A model generated the notes under the pieces. That model ran no database searches and was not told where the DNA came from. It saw nothing but the letters and a program-made list of their open reading frames with translations. From an uncultured Bacilli bacterium (GTDB taxonomy: Bacteria; Bacillota_I; Bacilli_A; RF39; UBA660): a stretch of DNA of 64,000 bases. Shown here one piece after another: positions 17,682-26,428 of the stretch. Every line of letters starts with the position of its first letter. Position 1 is the stretch's first letter. The translations under genes and the position numbers were made by a program. The stretch is from assembly GCA_947626115.1 (NCBI GenBank), contig CANQQX010000002.1, positions 2,871-66,870 on the forward strand, written 5' to 3'.

Positions 17682-19070
17682 ATGGATGCAGTAATTTTAC
17701 CAATAATTGCAGTGCTAATTGATGTTACACTTATTATTTTATTCTTTTCTAAAAAACATATCAAAAACACTGAAACAAAAATATATTCAACAATGCTGTT
17801 TTTAACATTAATCTTTGCATTAATAGGAATAATAACTTTTATAATAGCAAAATTAACCGGTAACTTATCTTTGATAGAAATATTTCAAAAATTATATATG
17901 CTATTGTTAATAATATTAGATTATTATTCTTTAAAGTATTGTTTTATTGTTTCTAATATTAATATAAAATACAATAAGATTGTAAAATTTACAGTATTAG
18001 GTATTACATTTATATCAATGTTTTTGCTACTTGTTTTACCACTTAATGTAATTTTTGAAAAAAATTTATTAGATGGTGAAGGACTTTCTTATAATATTGC
18101 TGTTTTCTATTCCTTGATGACATTTTTAATTATTGTTATTTTAACTTTATTTTTAACTTTTAAAAATAGAGATACTATTGTTAAAATTATTCCATTTTTG
18201 ATTTTGATATTTCTTTATGTTTTAGGTTTTATTTTAAGAACTATTTATCGTGAATTAATTTTTGAGGGATTTTTCTATTCATATATATTATTAATTATGT
18301 ATCATACCATAGAGAATCCTGATGTAAAAATGTTAAATGAAGTTATTTTAGCTAAAAATCAAATTGAAAAAAATAATAAAGTAAAATCTGAATTTATTTC
18401 AAGTATGTCGCATGAAATTAGAACACCACTTAATGCAATAGTTGGTTATGCTCAATTAATTGATTATGCTGATACATTAGAAGAAGCAAAAGAAAATTCT
18501 AAGGAAATTGTAAATGCATCTAATACACTTCTTAATATGTTAAGTAATGTTTTGGATATATCAATGGTTGAAGTTAATTCCTTAGAATTAAGAGAAGTAA
18601 AATATGATTTTCAAAAACTACTTAATGATGTTTTAGAGTTATTTAAATATAAGATAGATTCAAAGAAGATAAAACTTGAAATTAAAGTAGATAAAAATAT
18701 AAATGAGCTTGTTGGTGATCCGGACAAAATAAAAAGAATTTTAGCTAATTTAATTGATAACGCTATAAAATATACTGATAAAGGGAAAATTATCATATCT
18801 GTATCTAGTGAAATAAAAAATAAATGCTGTACTTTGAAAATATCTGTTTCTGATACTGGAAAAGGTATGGATGAGATTACATTAAAACATCTTTACAACA
18901 ATTTTAATAGATCTGAGAAATATGTTAATAGTAGTATATCTGGAATGGGATTGGGTTTATCCATAACTAAAAGTTTAACCGAACTTATGGATGGATCAAT
19001 TAATTGTAAAAGTGAAGTAGGTAAGGGCACAACATTTAATGTTGAGATAAAGCAAAGGATAGGTTTTTGA
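17682..19070 (+). CDS. Sensor histidine kinase with polytopic membrane N-terminal domain
   Basis: About six TM helices, then HisKA (SHEIRTPLNAIVGYAQL) and HATPase_c (DTGKGMD, GMGLGLSITKSL, GKGTTF). Confidence 0.85.
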   Translation: MDAVILPIIAVLIDVTLIILFFSKKHIKNTETKIYSTMLFLTLIFALIGIITFIIAKLTGNLSLIEIFQKLYMLLLIILDYYSLKYCFIVSNINIKYNKIVKFTVLGITFISMFLLLVLPLNVIFEKNLLDGEGLSYNIAVFYSLMTFLIIVILTLFLTFKNRDTIVKIIPFLILIFLYVLGFILRTIYRELIFEGFFYSYILLIMYHTIENPDVKMLNEVILAKNQIEKNNKVKSEFISSMSHEIRTPLNAIVGYAQLIDYADTLEEAKENSKEIVNASNTLLNMLSNVLDISMVEVNSLELREVKYDFQKLLNDVLELFKYKIDSKKIKLEIKVDKNINELVGDPDKIKRILANLIDNAIKYTDKGKIIISVSSEIKNKCCTLKISVSDTGKGMDEITLKHLYNNFNRSEKYVNSSISGMGLGLSITKSLTELMDGSINCKSEVGKGTTFNVEIKQRIGF

Positions 19071-19438
19071 TGAAAGTATTAGTAGTAGATGATTCACAAA
19101 TTAATTTAAGGGTAGCTCAAAAGTTATTAGAATTTGAAGGTTTAAATGTTGATACTGTTTTAAGTGGAAAAGAATGTCTAGAAAAAGTAAAGACTGAAAA
19201 ATATGATATTATTTTTATGGACATTATGATGCCAGAAATGGATGGAGTAGAAACATTTAAAAAGTTGCAAGAACAAGAAGGTTTTAATATTCCTGTTGTT
19301 TGCTTAACAGCTGATGCAGAAACAGGATCTCGTGATAAATATTTATCTGTTGGTTTTTGTGATTATATACCAAAACCAATTAATAAAAATGATTTGCATA
19401 TAATAATAGAAAAAATTAAAATTGATAAAAATTTATAA
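19070..19438 (+). CDS. Stand-alone response-regulator receiver domain (no output domain)
   Basis: VLVVDDSQINL...IIFMDIMMPEMDG...CLTADA...IPKPI. Start overlaps the kinase stop (TGATG). Confidence 0.85.
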   Translation: MKVLVVDDSQINLRVAQKLLEFEGLNVDTVLSGKECLEKVKTEKYDIIFMDIMMPEMDGVETFKKLQEQEGFNIPVVCLTADAETGSRDKYLSVGFCDYIPKPINKNDLHIIIEKIKIDKNL

Positions 19439-19528
19439 AAAATTTGAAAAAAACTATTTTTTTTAATTATTGAGTGTTATAATAAGCTCGTTTTATGAGT
19501 TTTTGATTTATATGAGGTGGGAAGAAAG

Positions 19529-20044
19529 ATGGATTTTAAAGAAGATATTTTAAAACAAAGAAAGGAATATTTAGGGTTAGATAAAGTACTCACAAAACTT
19601 ATATTTGAACAAATTATCGATTATTATAAAAATTTAGTAGTAAAAGCACCTAGAGAAGTTATTGGTTATACTATTGATATTGTAATTTGTAATATGAATT
19701 TTTATAATAAATTAGGGAGTTTAGAAAATTTGAATAAAACATGGGGTGATACTAATCTTTATGTTGATTTAAATAATTCAGAATTTGTATCTCAAACAAG
19801 TAATGATGATGAATATGAAGAAATTATTGAAGAATTATCATTTAGAGATATTTCAGAATTTAAAGAATTTAAAAATATTTCATTTTCTTTAAAGGAAATG
19901 ATTGAATTGTGCAGACAATATGACTTTAGCTTAAAAATATTGGCAAAAGATGATAAAAATCATGAAACAACTTTGGAAATTTCTCCTTATTTACCTTTTG
20001 CTATGAATGATAATATTAAATGTTATTTAGAAACTTTAAACTAA
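19529..20044 (+). CDS. Hypothetical protein (172 aa)
   Basis: ORF with the same 19-nt SD-containing leader as the acyltransferase gene. No known motif. Confidence 0.4.
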   Translation: MDFKEDILKQRKEYLGLDKVLTKLIFEQIIDYYKNLVVKAPREVIGYTIDIVICNMNFYNKLGSLENLNKTWGDTNLYVDLNNSEFVSQTSNDDEYEEIIEELSFRDISEFKEFKNISFSLKEMIELCRQYDFSLKILAKDDKNHETTLEISPYLPFAMNDNIKCYLETLN

Positions 20045-20052
20045 AAATAAAT

Positions 20053-20087
20053 AAGAATTGGGAATTAAAATACCAGTTCTTTTTTTT
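20053..20087 (+). terminator. Intrinsic terminator
   Basis: AAGAATTGG (20053-20061) pairs with CCAGTTCTT (20073-20081, one G-U), followed by a T-run. Confidence 0.65.
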
Positions 20088-20118
20088 GCTATAAAGTTAA
20101 AAGAAAGGGATGATGTAA

Positions 20119-20196
20119 ATGAATTTATTTATTATTGTTTTTTTAATTTTTATTATATCTTATTTAGAATGGAGTCAAAATGTTAGAATTAAATAA
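20119..20196 (+). CDS. Possible 25-aa hydrophobic leader peptide overlapping the methyltransferase start
   Basis: SD AAAGGGA then ATG 20119. Translates to MNLFIIVFLIFIISYLEWSQNVRIK. Below the ORF-track size cutoff. Confidence 0.25.
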   Translation: MNLFIIVFLIFIISYLEWSQNVRIK

Positions 20197-20905
20197 GATA
20201 TACAACGAAGATTGTTTAAAAGGCTTAAAGAAAATACCTGATAATTCAATAGATTTAGTTCTAATTGATCCGCCTTATGATATTTGTACTGCTGGTGGTA
20301 AAAAGGGAAATGATAGAATCACAAAAAGTAAGAAAAAAGTAGAAAGTGAATTAATTACTAATAATTTAGTTAATGGTTTTGATTTTAAAATTTTAGATGA
20401 GTTAATTAGAGTAATGAAGGGCATTAATATCTATATTTGGTGTAATGTTAGACAAATACCGATGTATATAAAATATTTCAATTTACAACTTAAATGTAAA
20501 TTAGAAGTTCTTATATGGAACAAAACAAACCCTATACCATTACATAATCATGCATATATGAATGATAAAGAGTACTGTTTATATTTTCGAAATAATGGTT
20601 ATTGTAATCCAAAGAATTATGAAGATTCAAAAACTGTATATATTTCAACAATTAATGTGAATGACAAAAAATTATATAATCACCCTACAATAAAACCATT
20701 AAGCTTAACAAGAAAAATTATTAGAAACAGTTCTAAAGAGCAAGAAACGGTTTTAGATTGCTTTTTAGGAAGTGGTACAACTGCTGTTGCATGTATTTTA
20801 GAAAATAGAAATTATATAGGTTTTGAAATAGATAAAAAATATTATGATATTGCTTTAAAAAGAATTGAAGAAGCAATTAAAATGAAGGAGGAGGAAAACA
20901 AATGA
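20180..20905 (+). CDS. Orphan DNA methyltransferase (beta-class N6-adenine/N4-cytosine type)
   Basis: LVLIDPPYD (motif IV) lies N-terminal to FLGSGTT (motif I). No adjacent restriction endonuclease gene. Confidence 0.8.
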   Translation: MLELNKIYNEDCLKGLKKIPDNSIDLVLIDPPYDICTAGGKKGNDRITKSKKKVESELITNNLVNGFDFKILDELIRVMKGINIYIWCNVRQIPMYIKYFNLQLKCKLEVLIWNKTNPIPLHNHAYMNDKEYCLYFRNNGYCNPKNYEDSKTVYISTINVNDKKLYNHPTIKPLSLTRKIIRNSSKEQETVLDCFLGSGTTAVACILENRNYIGFEIDKKYYDIALKRIEEAIKMKEEENK

Positions 20906-21039
20906 TTTATATTTTAGGTTTTATAGGAGCAGTTTTATTATTGTTTATATTACTATTTTTATTTTGTACTATGAAGATTTCTAGTAAATGTTCTCGTATC
21001 GAAGAAAGGGGTGATAAAGATGAAGAAATCAAAAAATGA
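20902..21039 (+). CDS. Possible 45-aa single-TM peptide coupled to the methyltransferase stop
   Basis: ATGA overlap with the methyltransferase stop. Translates to MIYILGFIGAVLLLFILLFLFCTMKISSKCSRIEERGDKDEEIKK. Confidence 0.3.
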   Translation: MIYILGFIGAVLLLFILLFLFCTMKISSKCSRIEERGDKDEEIKK

Positions 21040-21259
21040 TTTAAAAAATATACTATTTAATATGTTTGATGAATATGAAGAAGTAGATGATATTATAGAT
21101 AATTTGAGAAATTTGGAAAGCGACAATGAAATTACAAGTGATGAGTATGGTGAAATAATGGATAATTATGATTCATGGCTTACTGAATATGAAAAAAAAG
21201 AACAAGAACAAAAATTAGAAAATAAAAATAAATCAAAAAGCAAGGAGCTTGATTTATAA
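21020..21259 (+). CDS. Hypothetical acidic protein
   Basis: SD GAAAGGGGTGA upstream of ATG 21020. Asp/Glu-rich, about 80 aa. Confidence 0.4.
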   Translation: MKKSKNDLKNILFNMFDEYEEVDDIIDNLRNLESDNEITSDEYGEIMDNYDSWLTEYEKKEQEQKLENKNKSKSKELDL

Positions 21260-21712
21260 ATGAACAAATATAAAGAAATAAAAGATAAACATCAAAAAAG
21301 GGTTAATGACTTTCCGTTAGGTTTTGCTTTTAGCAACCTACAATTTAAAGAAATGATGGAAAAATGGGGTTTAAAAGAAACTGATACAGATAAAATATTA
21401 ACTATTGGTGCAGGTGGATTCATTAGAAAAAGTGATTTAAATGAATATAATAGAATGTGGAAAGAAATTAGAAAAGAAGAAAAATATTTAATAGAACAAG
21501 ATAAAACTGGTGAGGGTTATATTAAGGATATGTTTTTATATGAACTTGAAAACCATGAGTATGGTTATACTCACGAATTAGAAGATACCTTAGATGCATT
21601 AGAATTAACTTATGATCAAGTAATGAAAAGTCCATCTTTAAAACATGGATTAGAACTTGCTAGAAAAGAAATTTTAGATAGGGAAAATGAAAGGGACTAT
21701 GTCTATGAATAA
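21260..21712 (+). CDS. Hypothetical conjugative-element protein
   Basis: 150-aa ORF that starts 1 nt after the previous stop. Confidence 0.4.
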   Translation: MNKYKEIKDKHQKRVNDFPLGFAFSNLQFKEMMEKWGLKETDTDKILTIGAGGFIRKSDLNEYNRMWKEIRKEEKYLIEQDKTGEGYIKDMFLYELENHEYGYTHELEDTLDALELTYDQVMKSPSLKHGLELARKEILDRENERDYVYE

Positions 21713-21920
21713 TATAGAAGAAAAATATGAGGATTTACAAGCAATTTTAAATTCATCAAAAGAATTTAGGTTTAAAAATGATACAGTTTTAAATATAAAA
21801 CAATATTATGGAAATAAAGAAATTAATTTAGATTTGTCTAAAATAGATTTTGATATGTTTATTGATTTATATTATGATCCAGAAAAAGAAAAAGATTCTA
21901 AGGAGGATTATGATTTATAA
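21687..21920 (+). CDS. Hypothetical protein
   Basis: 77-aa ORF overlapping the previous gene. Alternative starts at 21699 and 21705. Confidence 0.35.
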   Translation: MKGTMSMNNIEEKYEDLQAILNSSKEFRFKNDTVLNIKQYYGNKEINLDLSKIDFDMFIDLYYDPEKEKDSKEDYDL

Positions 21921-21944
21921 CAATAATTTAATGAGGGGCATCTT

Positions 21945-24104
21945 ATGAATTTGCCCCTTATTGCTTTATTGTTAGTATTAATTGTATTTATTATTTTTTT
22001 TATTTATATAGAGCCAATAATTGCTAAACATAAAATAAAAAATAATAATGAATATGGATCAGCAAGGTTTTCTACTTTATCAGAAATAAATAAAAATTTT
22101 GTGAAAGAAAGAATTTCTAATATTCATGATGTTGGATTTCCTGTCTATTATGATAAAAAAGCTAATCATGTATGGTTTGATAAAGAAACACCACACTATG
22201 TTTATTTAGGATCTAGTGGATCTGGTAAAAGTGTAACTTGTGTTATCCCTATGATAAGTTTTATTGCTAATGCTAAAAAACCAAGAAGTATATTTGTAAC
22301 TGATCCAAAAGGTGAAATTTATCATACTACTTCTAAAATGTTGTATGATAAGGGTTATAAAATTTTAACAATAGATTTTAGACATCCTGAATTATCTAAT
22401 CATATTAATATTTTAGAGCCGATTATTTGTGAGTATGAAAAATTTATTGATTATGATAAAAAAGTTAAAGAATATGAAAATAAGATGTTGCCATATCTAT
22501 CTCAAAATAAGGTTTTAAAAGAAAAGTTAAAAACTAAAAAATTAAAACCAATAAATATAGAAAGAATAAATAATAAAATTGATATTAATAATAAAATACT
22601 TAATATTTTTAATAAGGCAAAATTAGATAATCAAAATAATTCAATTTCTAGTTATGCAGATACAAGTAGATTAATTACTTCTTTAGCTTCAATGATTACT
22701 TATGAAAAAATACAAAATAAAGATCCTTTTTGGAATAATAGTGCTAAAAATTTACTTGAAGGTTTAATTGGATTTTTTTTAGAAGAATATAAAGATGGTA
22801 AAATAAGTCGTGAACAAATTACTATGACTTCTATTCGTAAATTTCAAAACTCAACCATGGAAGAAAAAAATTCTGAAAAATTTAAAAATTATATAAAACA
22901 AAAACCTTATGGTACTAAATCAAAGGATAGTTTAATTCCAATTCTCTCATCTAGTGAAAATACTTATAAGTCTATCACTAGCGTTTTTTCAGAAAAAATG
23001 GCAATATTTGATGATGTAAATGTTGCTAATGTTACAAGTAAATCAGATTTTGACTTTGATATTTTAGGAAAAGAAAAGTCTGCTTTATTTGTTATTGTTC
23101 CTGATGAAGATAAAATTTATTATACATTGGTTACTATTATTTTAGGCTTATTGTATAAAGAATTAGTCAAATTAGCTAATAGTACCGAAAATAAAAAGTG
23201 TCCTATTGAGATAGACTGGATATGCGATGAATTTTCAAATTGTCCACCTTTAGTTGAGCCAAGTATAGAATCAATTATTAGTGTTGCTAGATCTCGTGGA
23301 TTAAGATATCATTTATTTATTCAATCTTTAAGTCAATTAGATAATGTTTATGGTAAAGAAGTAGCTCAAATTATTCTCGATAACTCTGGACTTGCTTATT
23401 TAAAAACTAATACTATGGATACTGCTGAGGCAATTAGCAAAAGATTAGGTAAAAAAACAATAGAATCGAATTCTATTAGTCAGTCAGTTAGTCTAACTAA
23501 TTATAATGGCAATAAATCAACATCTCTAATTGCTCGTGATTTACTTACTCCAGATGAAGTTAAAAATCTTCATTATAAAACAATTATATTTCCCAATATA
23601 GGTTATCCAATTTTTAGAGATACTGTTATTTATAAAAAACTATCATGTTATTCTAGTGGTGAATTAAAAAGGAAAGTAACTCCATTAGTAGATTTAAGTA
23701 ATACATATTTTACAGTAGAAGATATTAAAACTAAATATGATAGACTTTATAGAAATAGAACTAATAAATCTATTGAAGAGCCAGAATTATCAGATTATGA
23801 TTTATTTAAAGAATCGGAAAAAGAAAAATTAAAAAATATAGTTGAAATAGTACAAAACCAATTAAAAGATAAAATCTCTTTATTTGAATTTAAAGAAAAT
23901 AACAATAGAACTTATGCTAGTTTTGAATTATCTAGACCATTAAATGCTAAGGAATTGGCATTTGTAAAAGGTAGAACAAATAAAAATGTATATCATCTAG
24001 AAATAGATAATGATAGTAATACTAAATCTACTATTGAAATACATTTGAAAAATCCTTTGGAACAAGACTTAACTTTTGAAAAAGGAAAAAATAATAATGT
24101 CTAG
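21945..24104 (+). CDS. Type IV coupling protein (VirD4/TraG family)
   Basis: N-terminal TM helix, YGSARFSTLSEI, Walker A GSSGSGKSVT and Walker B IDWICDEF. 719 aa. Confidence 0.85.
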   Translation: MNLPLIALLLVLIVFIIFFIYIEPIIAKHKIKNNNEYGSARFSTLSEINKNFVKERISNIHDVGFPVYYDKKANHVWFDKETPHYVYLGSSGSGKSVTCVIPMISFIANAKKPRSIFVTDPKGEIYHTTSKMLYDKGYKILTIDFRHPELSNHINILEPIICEYEKFIDYDKKVKEYENKMLPYLSQNKVLKEKLKTKKLKPINIERINNKIDINNKILNIFNKAKLDNQNNSISSYADTSRLITSLASMITYEKIQNKDPFWNNSAKNLLEGLIGFFLEEYKDGKISREQITMTSIRKFQNSTMEEKNSEKFKNYIKQKPYGTKSKDSLIPILSSSENTYKSITSVFSEKMAIFDDVNVANVTSKSDFDFDILGKEKSALFVIVPDEDKIYYTLVTIILGLLYKELVKLANSTENKKCPIEIDWICDEFSNCPPLVEPSIESIISVARSRGLRYHLFIQSLSQLDNVYGKEVAQIILDNSGLAYLKTNTMDTAEAISKRLGKKTIESNSISQSVSLTNYNGNKSTSLIARDLLTPDEVKNLHYKTIIFPNIGYPIFRDTVIYKKLSCYSSGELKRKVTPLVDLSNTYFTVEDIKTKYDRLYRNRTNKSIEEPELSDYDLFKESEKEKLKNIVEIVQNQLKDKISLFEFKENNNRTYASFELSRPLNAKELAFVKGRTNKNVYHLEIDNDSNTKSTIEIHLKNPLEQDLTFEKGKNNNV

Positions 24105-24170
24105 TTTGGACTTATTGTTCTTTTTTTAATTAGTTTTCATAAAATTTAAAGAATACGGAGGAATTCTTTA

Positions 24171-24386
24171 ATGTATGAAACTAACGATATAGAAGTTAAG
24201 TTTAGTACAAAGCATTTACCTTTTGAATATAAATGGTTGGAATATAGATTAATTGTAAATAAAGAATTATATGATGAAAAAGTTATAGATTTAAAAGTAT
24301 TTAAAGCAATGGAACAGTCTCTTTTATCAAGACTTAATAAACTTAAAAATGAATATTCAAATAAATTGACAAATAACAACAAATGA
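24171..24386 (+). CDS. Hypothetical small protein upstream of the recombinase
   Basis: SD ACGGAGG upstream of ATG 24171. The antisense ORF 24146-24382 is judged a shadow. Confidence 0.35.
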   Translation: MYETNDIEVKFSTKHLPFEYKWLEYRLIVNKELYDEKVIDLKVFKAMEQSLLSRLNKLKNEYSNKLTNNNK

Positions 24387-24447
24387 GGTAATATTCAGGC
24401 AACCTAAGGTGTCTTGGATTTTAGGAACATAGAAAGGATGTGGTATT

Positions 24448-24675
24448 ATGTATTTTAAAAAAATTAGAGAAAGGTTAAAAGAAGGTAAAATAATTTATGA
24501 CAAGGATTTAAATGTTTGTTACTATACTCGTATTTCAAACAATAAATTGGATTCACTTGAAAATCAGAAAAAATATTGTGAAAAAATGATTAAGAGAAAC
24601 AACATAAAGAATCTAATTCATAGCTATATTGATAAGTATATTTTTGGTATAGCAGTAAAACATAAATTGTTTTAA
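24448..24675 (+). pseudogene. Truncated, diverged tandem duplicate of the serine recombinase 5' end
   Basis: The 75-aa product aligns with residues 1 to about 80 of the 24707 recombinase (GKIIYD..LNV.YY.R.S...LENQK.Y...MIK......YID......AVKH). The upstream CATAGAAAGGA is also duplicated. It stops before the rest of the catalytic domain. Confidence 0.7.
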
Positions 24676-24706
24676 ATTCTAGTAGCATAGAAAGGAATAT
24701 AGCTTC

Positions 24707-26428
24707 ATGGATGTTAAAAAAGTAAGAGAAGAGATAAGACAGGGTAAAATAATTTATGACATGGAATTAAATGTTGGTTACTATGCTCGTGTTTCAACAG
24801 ACAAAGATGATCAATTAAATTCACTTGAAAATCAAAAAAATTATTTTGAAGACATGATTAAAGAAAACAAAAAATGGAAATTAGTTCGTGGCTATATTGA
24901 TGAGGGTATTTCTGGTACGGCAGTAAAACATAGGGATTCCTTTTTAAAAATGATAGAAGATGCTACCTTAGGCAAATTAGATTTAATACTTACAAAAGAA
25001 ATATCAAGATTTTCAAGAAATACAGTAGATAGTATTAAATATACAGAATATTTGCTTAAAAATGGTGTTATTGTATATTTTTTATCAGATAACTTAAATA
25101 CAATTCAAGAAGATGCTGAATTTAGATTAACTATTATGTCTAGTTTAGCACAAGATGAAGTTAGAAAATTATCAGAAAGAGTTAAATTTGGTGTAAATAG
25201 AATGATTAAAGATGGTAAATTAATTGGTGGTAATTTAACTGGTTATTTCAAAAAAAATGGTAGATATGAAATAAATCCAAAAGAAGCACCAATAATAGAA
25301 TATTTATTTACTACTTATGCAAGTGGTAATATTGGACTTAAAAAAATTGGCGAAGAACTCGCAAAACAGGGTTATCTCAATTCAAAAGGACAACCTTATT
25401 CACAAACAACTTTGGCAAAGTTTTTGACTAATCCTAGATATAAAGGATATTATACTGCAAGACTTACCGAAGTTGAAGATTATAAAACTCATAAAAAGAA
25501 AAAAGTACCAAAAGAAAGACAAGTTATATATAAAGATGAAAGAATACCTGCTTTAGTATCAGAAGAGTTATGGGAAAAAGCAAATTTATTGCATGAGAAA
25601 AGAAAAAAATTACCATCAAGGCATATTTTAAATGCTGAAGAACATATCAAAAGATATAAATATTCTTGTAAATTATATTGTAAAGATTGTGGAGCAGTAT
25701 TTATTAGAAATGGTGGATCTAATCGTGCTAATAATCCAGTTTGGGCTTGTAAAACTTATAAAACTGATGGTGTATCTAAGTGTGCATCCCCAAACATAAA
25801 AGAATCGTATTTGGATAAAATATTTATTGATTTATTTAGTAATTTTATAAAAAATAAAAAACAATATATAAAATTAGTATTGAATGAATATAGAAATATT
25901 ATAGAAAATTATAGTGATGATTTAGATATTGAAGATATTAATAGTAAAATAGCAAATATTGAAAAGCAAAAAGATAAACTATTAGATTTAAGTATTAAAG
26001 GTATGATAGATGATTTTGAATTTAAAAAAAGAAATGATAAGTTTAATGTTGAGTTATTTAATTATCAAAAACAACTGGATAATCATTCGCAAAGTGATTT
26101 AGAAGAAGAAAAATTAAAGAAGAAATTACAAAACATTGAAAATTGTTTAAATACCAAATTAGACATTAAAGAAAATTTACCATATTTAATTAATCTATTA
26201 GTTGAGAAAGTAGAAATAGAAAAAGTTAATGGTGATAGAAAGCATATAAAATTAAAAATATTTTATGATTTTAATACTCCAGATATTGATATAGATTTAG
26301 ATATGAATGAAGATAACTCATTAAAAAGTTTGAGTTCTAAAAACCTTGCTTGTGCAAGACATTCTTCTGTCTTAAAGTGTTCCTGTATAGATACAAAGCA
26401 ACCCAGGATTTGTCTCGTTAGGAAATAA
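24707..26428 (+). CDS. Large serine recombinase (ICE integrase)
   Basis: YARVSTDKDDQLNSLENQ catalytic N-terminus, recombinase domain, Cys-rich zinc ribbon (CKDCGAVF...WACKTYKTDGVSKC) and a coiled-coil C-terminal part. The last codons read into PBP-derived DNA. Confidence 0.9.
   Translation: MDVKKVREEIRQGKIIYDMELNVGYYARVSTDKDDQLNSLENQKNYFEDMIKENKKWKLVRGYIDEGISGTAVKHRDSFLKMIEDATLGKLDLILTKEISRFSRNTVDSIKYTEYLLKNGVIVYFLSDNLNTIQEDAEFRLTIMSSLAQDEVRKLSERVKFGVNRMIKDGKLIGGNLTGYFKKNGRYEINPKEAPIIEYLFTTYASGNIGLKKIGEELAKQGYLNSKGQPYSQTTLAKFLTNPRYKGYYTARLTEVEDYKTHKKKKVPKERQVIYKDERIPALVSEELWEKANLLHEKRKKLPSRHILNAEEHIKRYKYSCKLYCKDCGAVFIRNGGSNRANNPVWACKTYKTDGVSKCASPNIKESYLDKIFIDLFSNFIKNKKQYIKLVLNEYRNIIENYSDDLDIEDINSKIANIEKQKDKLLDLSIKGMIDDFEFKKRNDKFNVELFNYQKQLDNHSQSDLEEEKLKKKLQNIENCLNTKLDIKENLPYLINLLVEKVEIEKVNGDRKHIKLKIFYDFNTPDIDIDLDMNEDNSLKSLSSKNLACARHSSVLKCSCIDTKQPRICLVRK

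Larger units (their letters stand above)
1..26395 (+). mobile_element. Integrative conjugative element, right-hand >=26 kb (left end lies beyond the window start); right junction is inside a PBP gene
   Basis: Same-strand block of conjugation genes (SSB, VirB6/VirB3/VirB4-like, M23 hydrolase, relaxase, VirD4-like T4CP). It ends with a large serine recombinase gene whose 3' end abuts a 5'-truncated host PBP gene. No capsid, terminase or tail genes are present. Confidence 0.85.

Noticed and set aside
24448-24675. Functional small recombinase or regulator
   Set aside because: It ends after 75 codons, before the rest of the catalytic domain, and it is a diverged tandem copy of the downstream gene's 5' end. 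Annotated as a pseudogene or fragment.
1-26395. Prophage interpretation of the serine-recombinase-bounded element
   Set aside because: There are no terminase, portal, capsid, tail or lysis genes. Instead the element carries VirB4, VirD4, a relaxase, VirB6-like and M23 hydrolase genes, which is a conjugative gene set.
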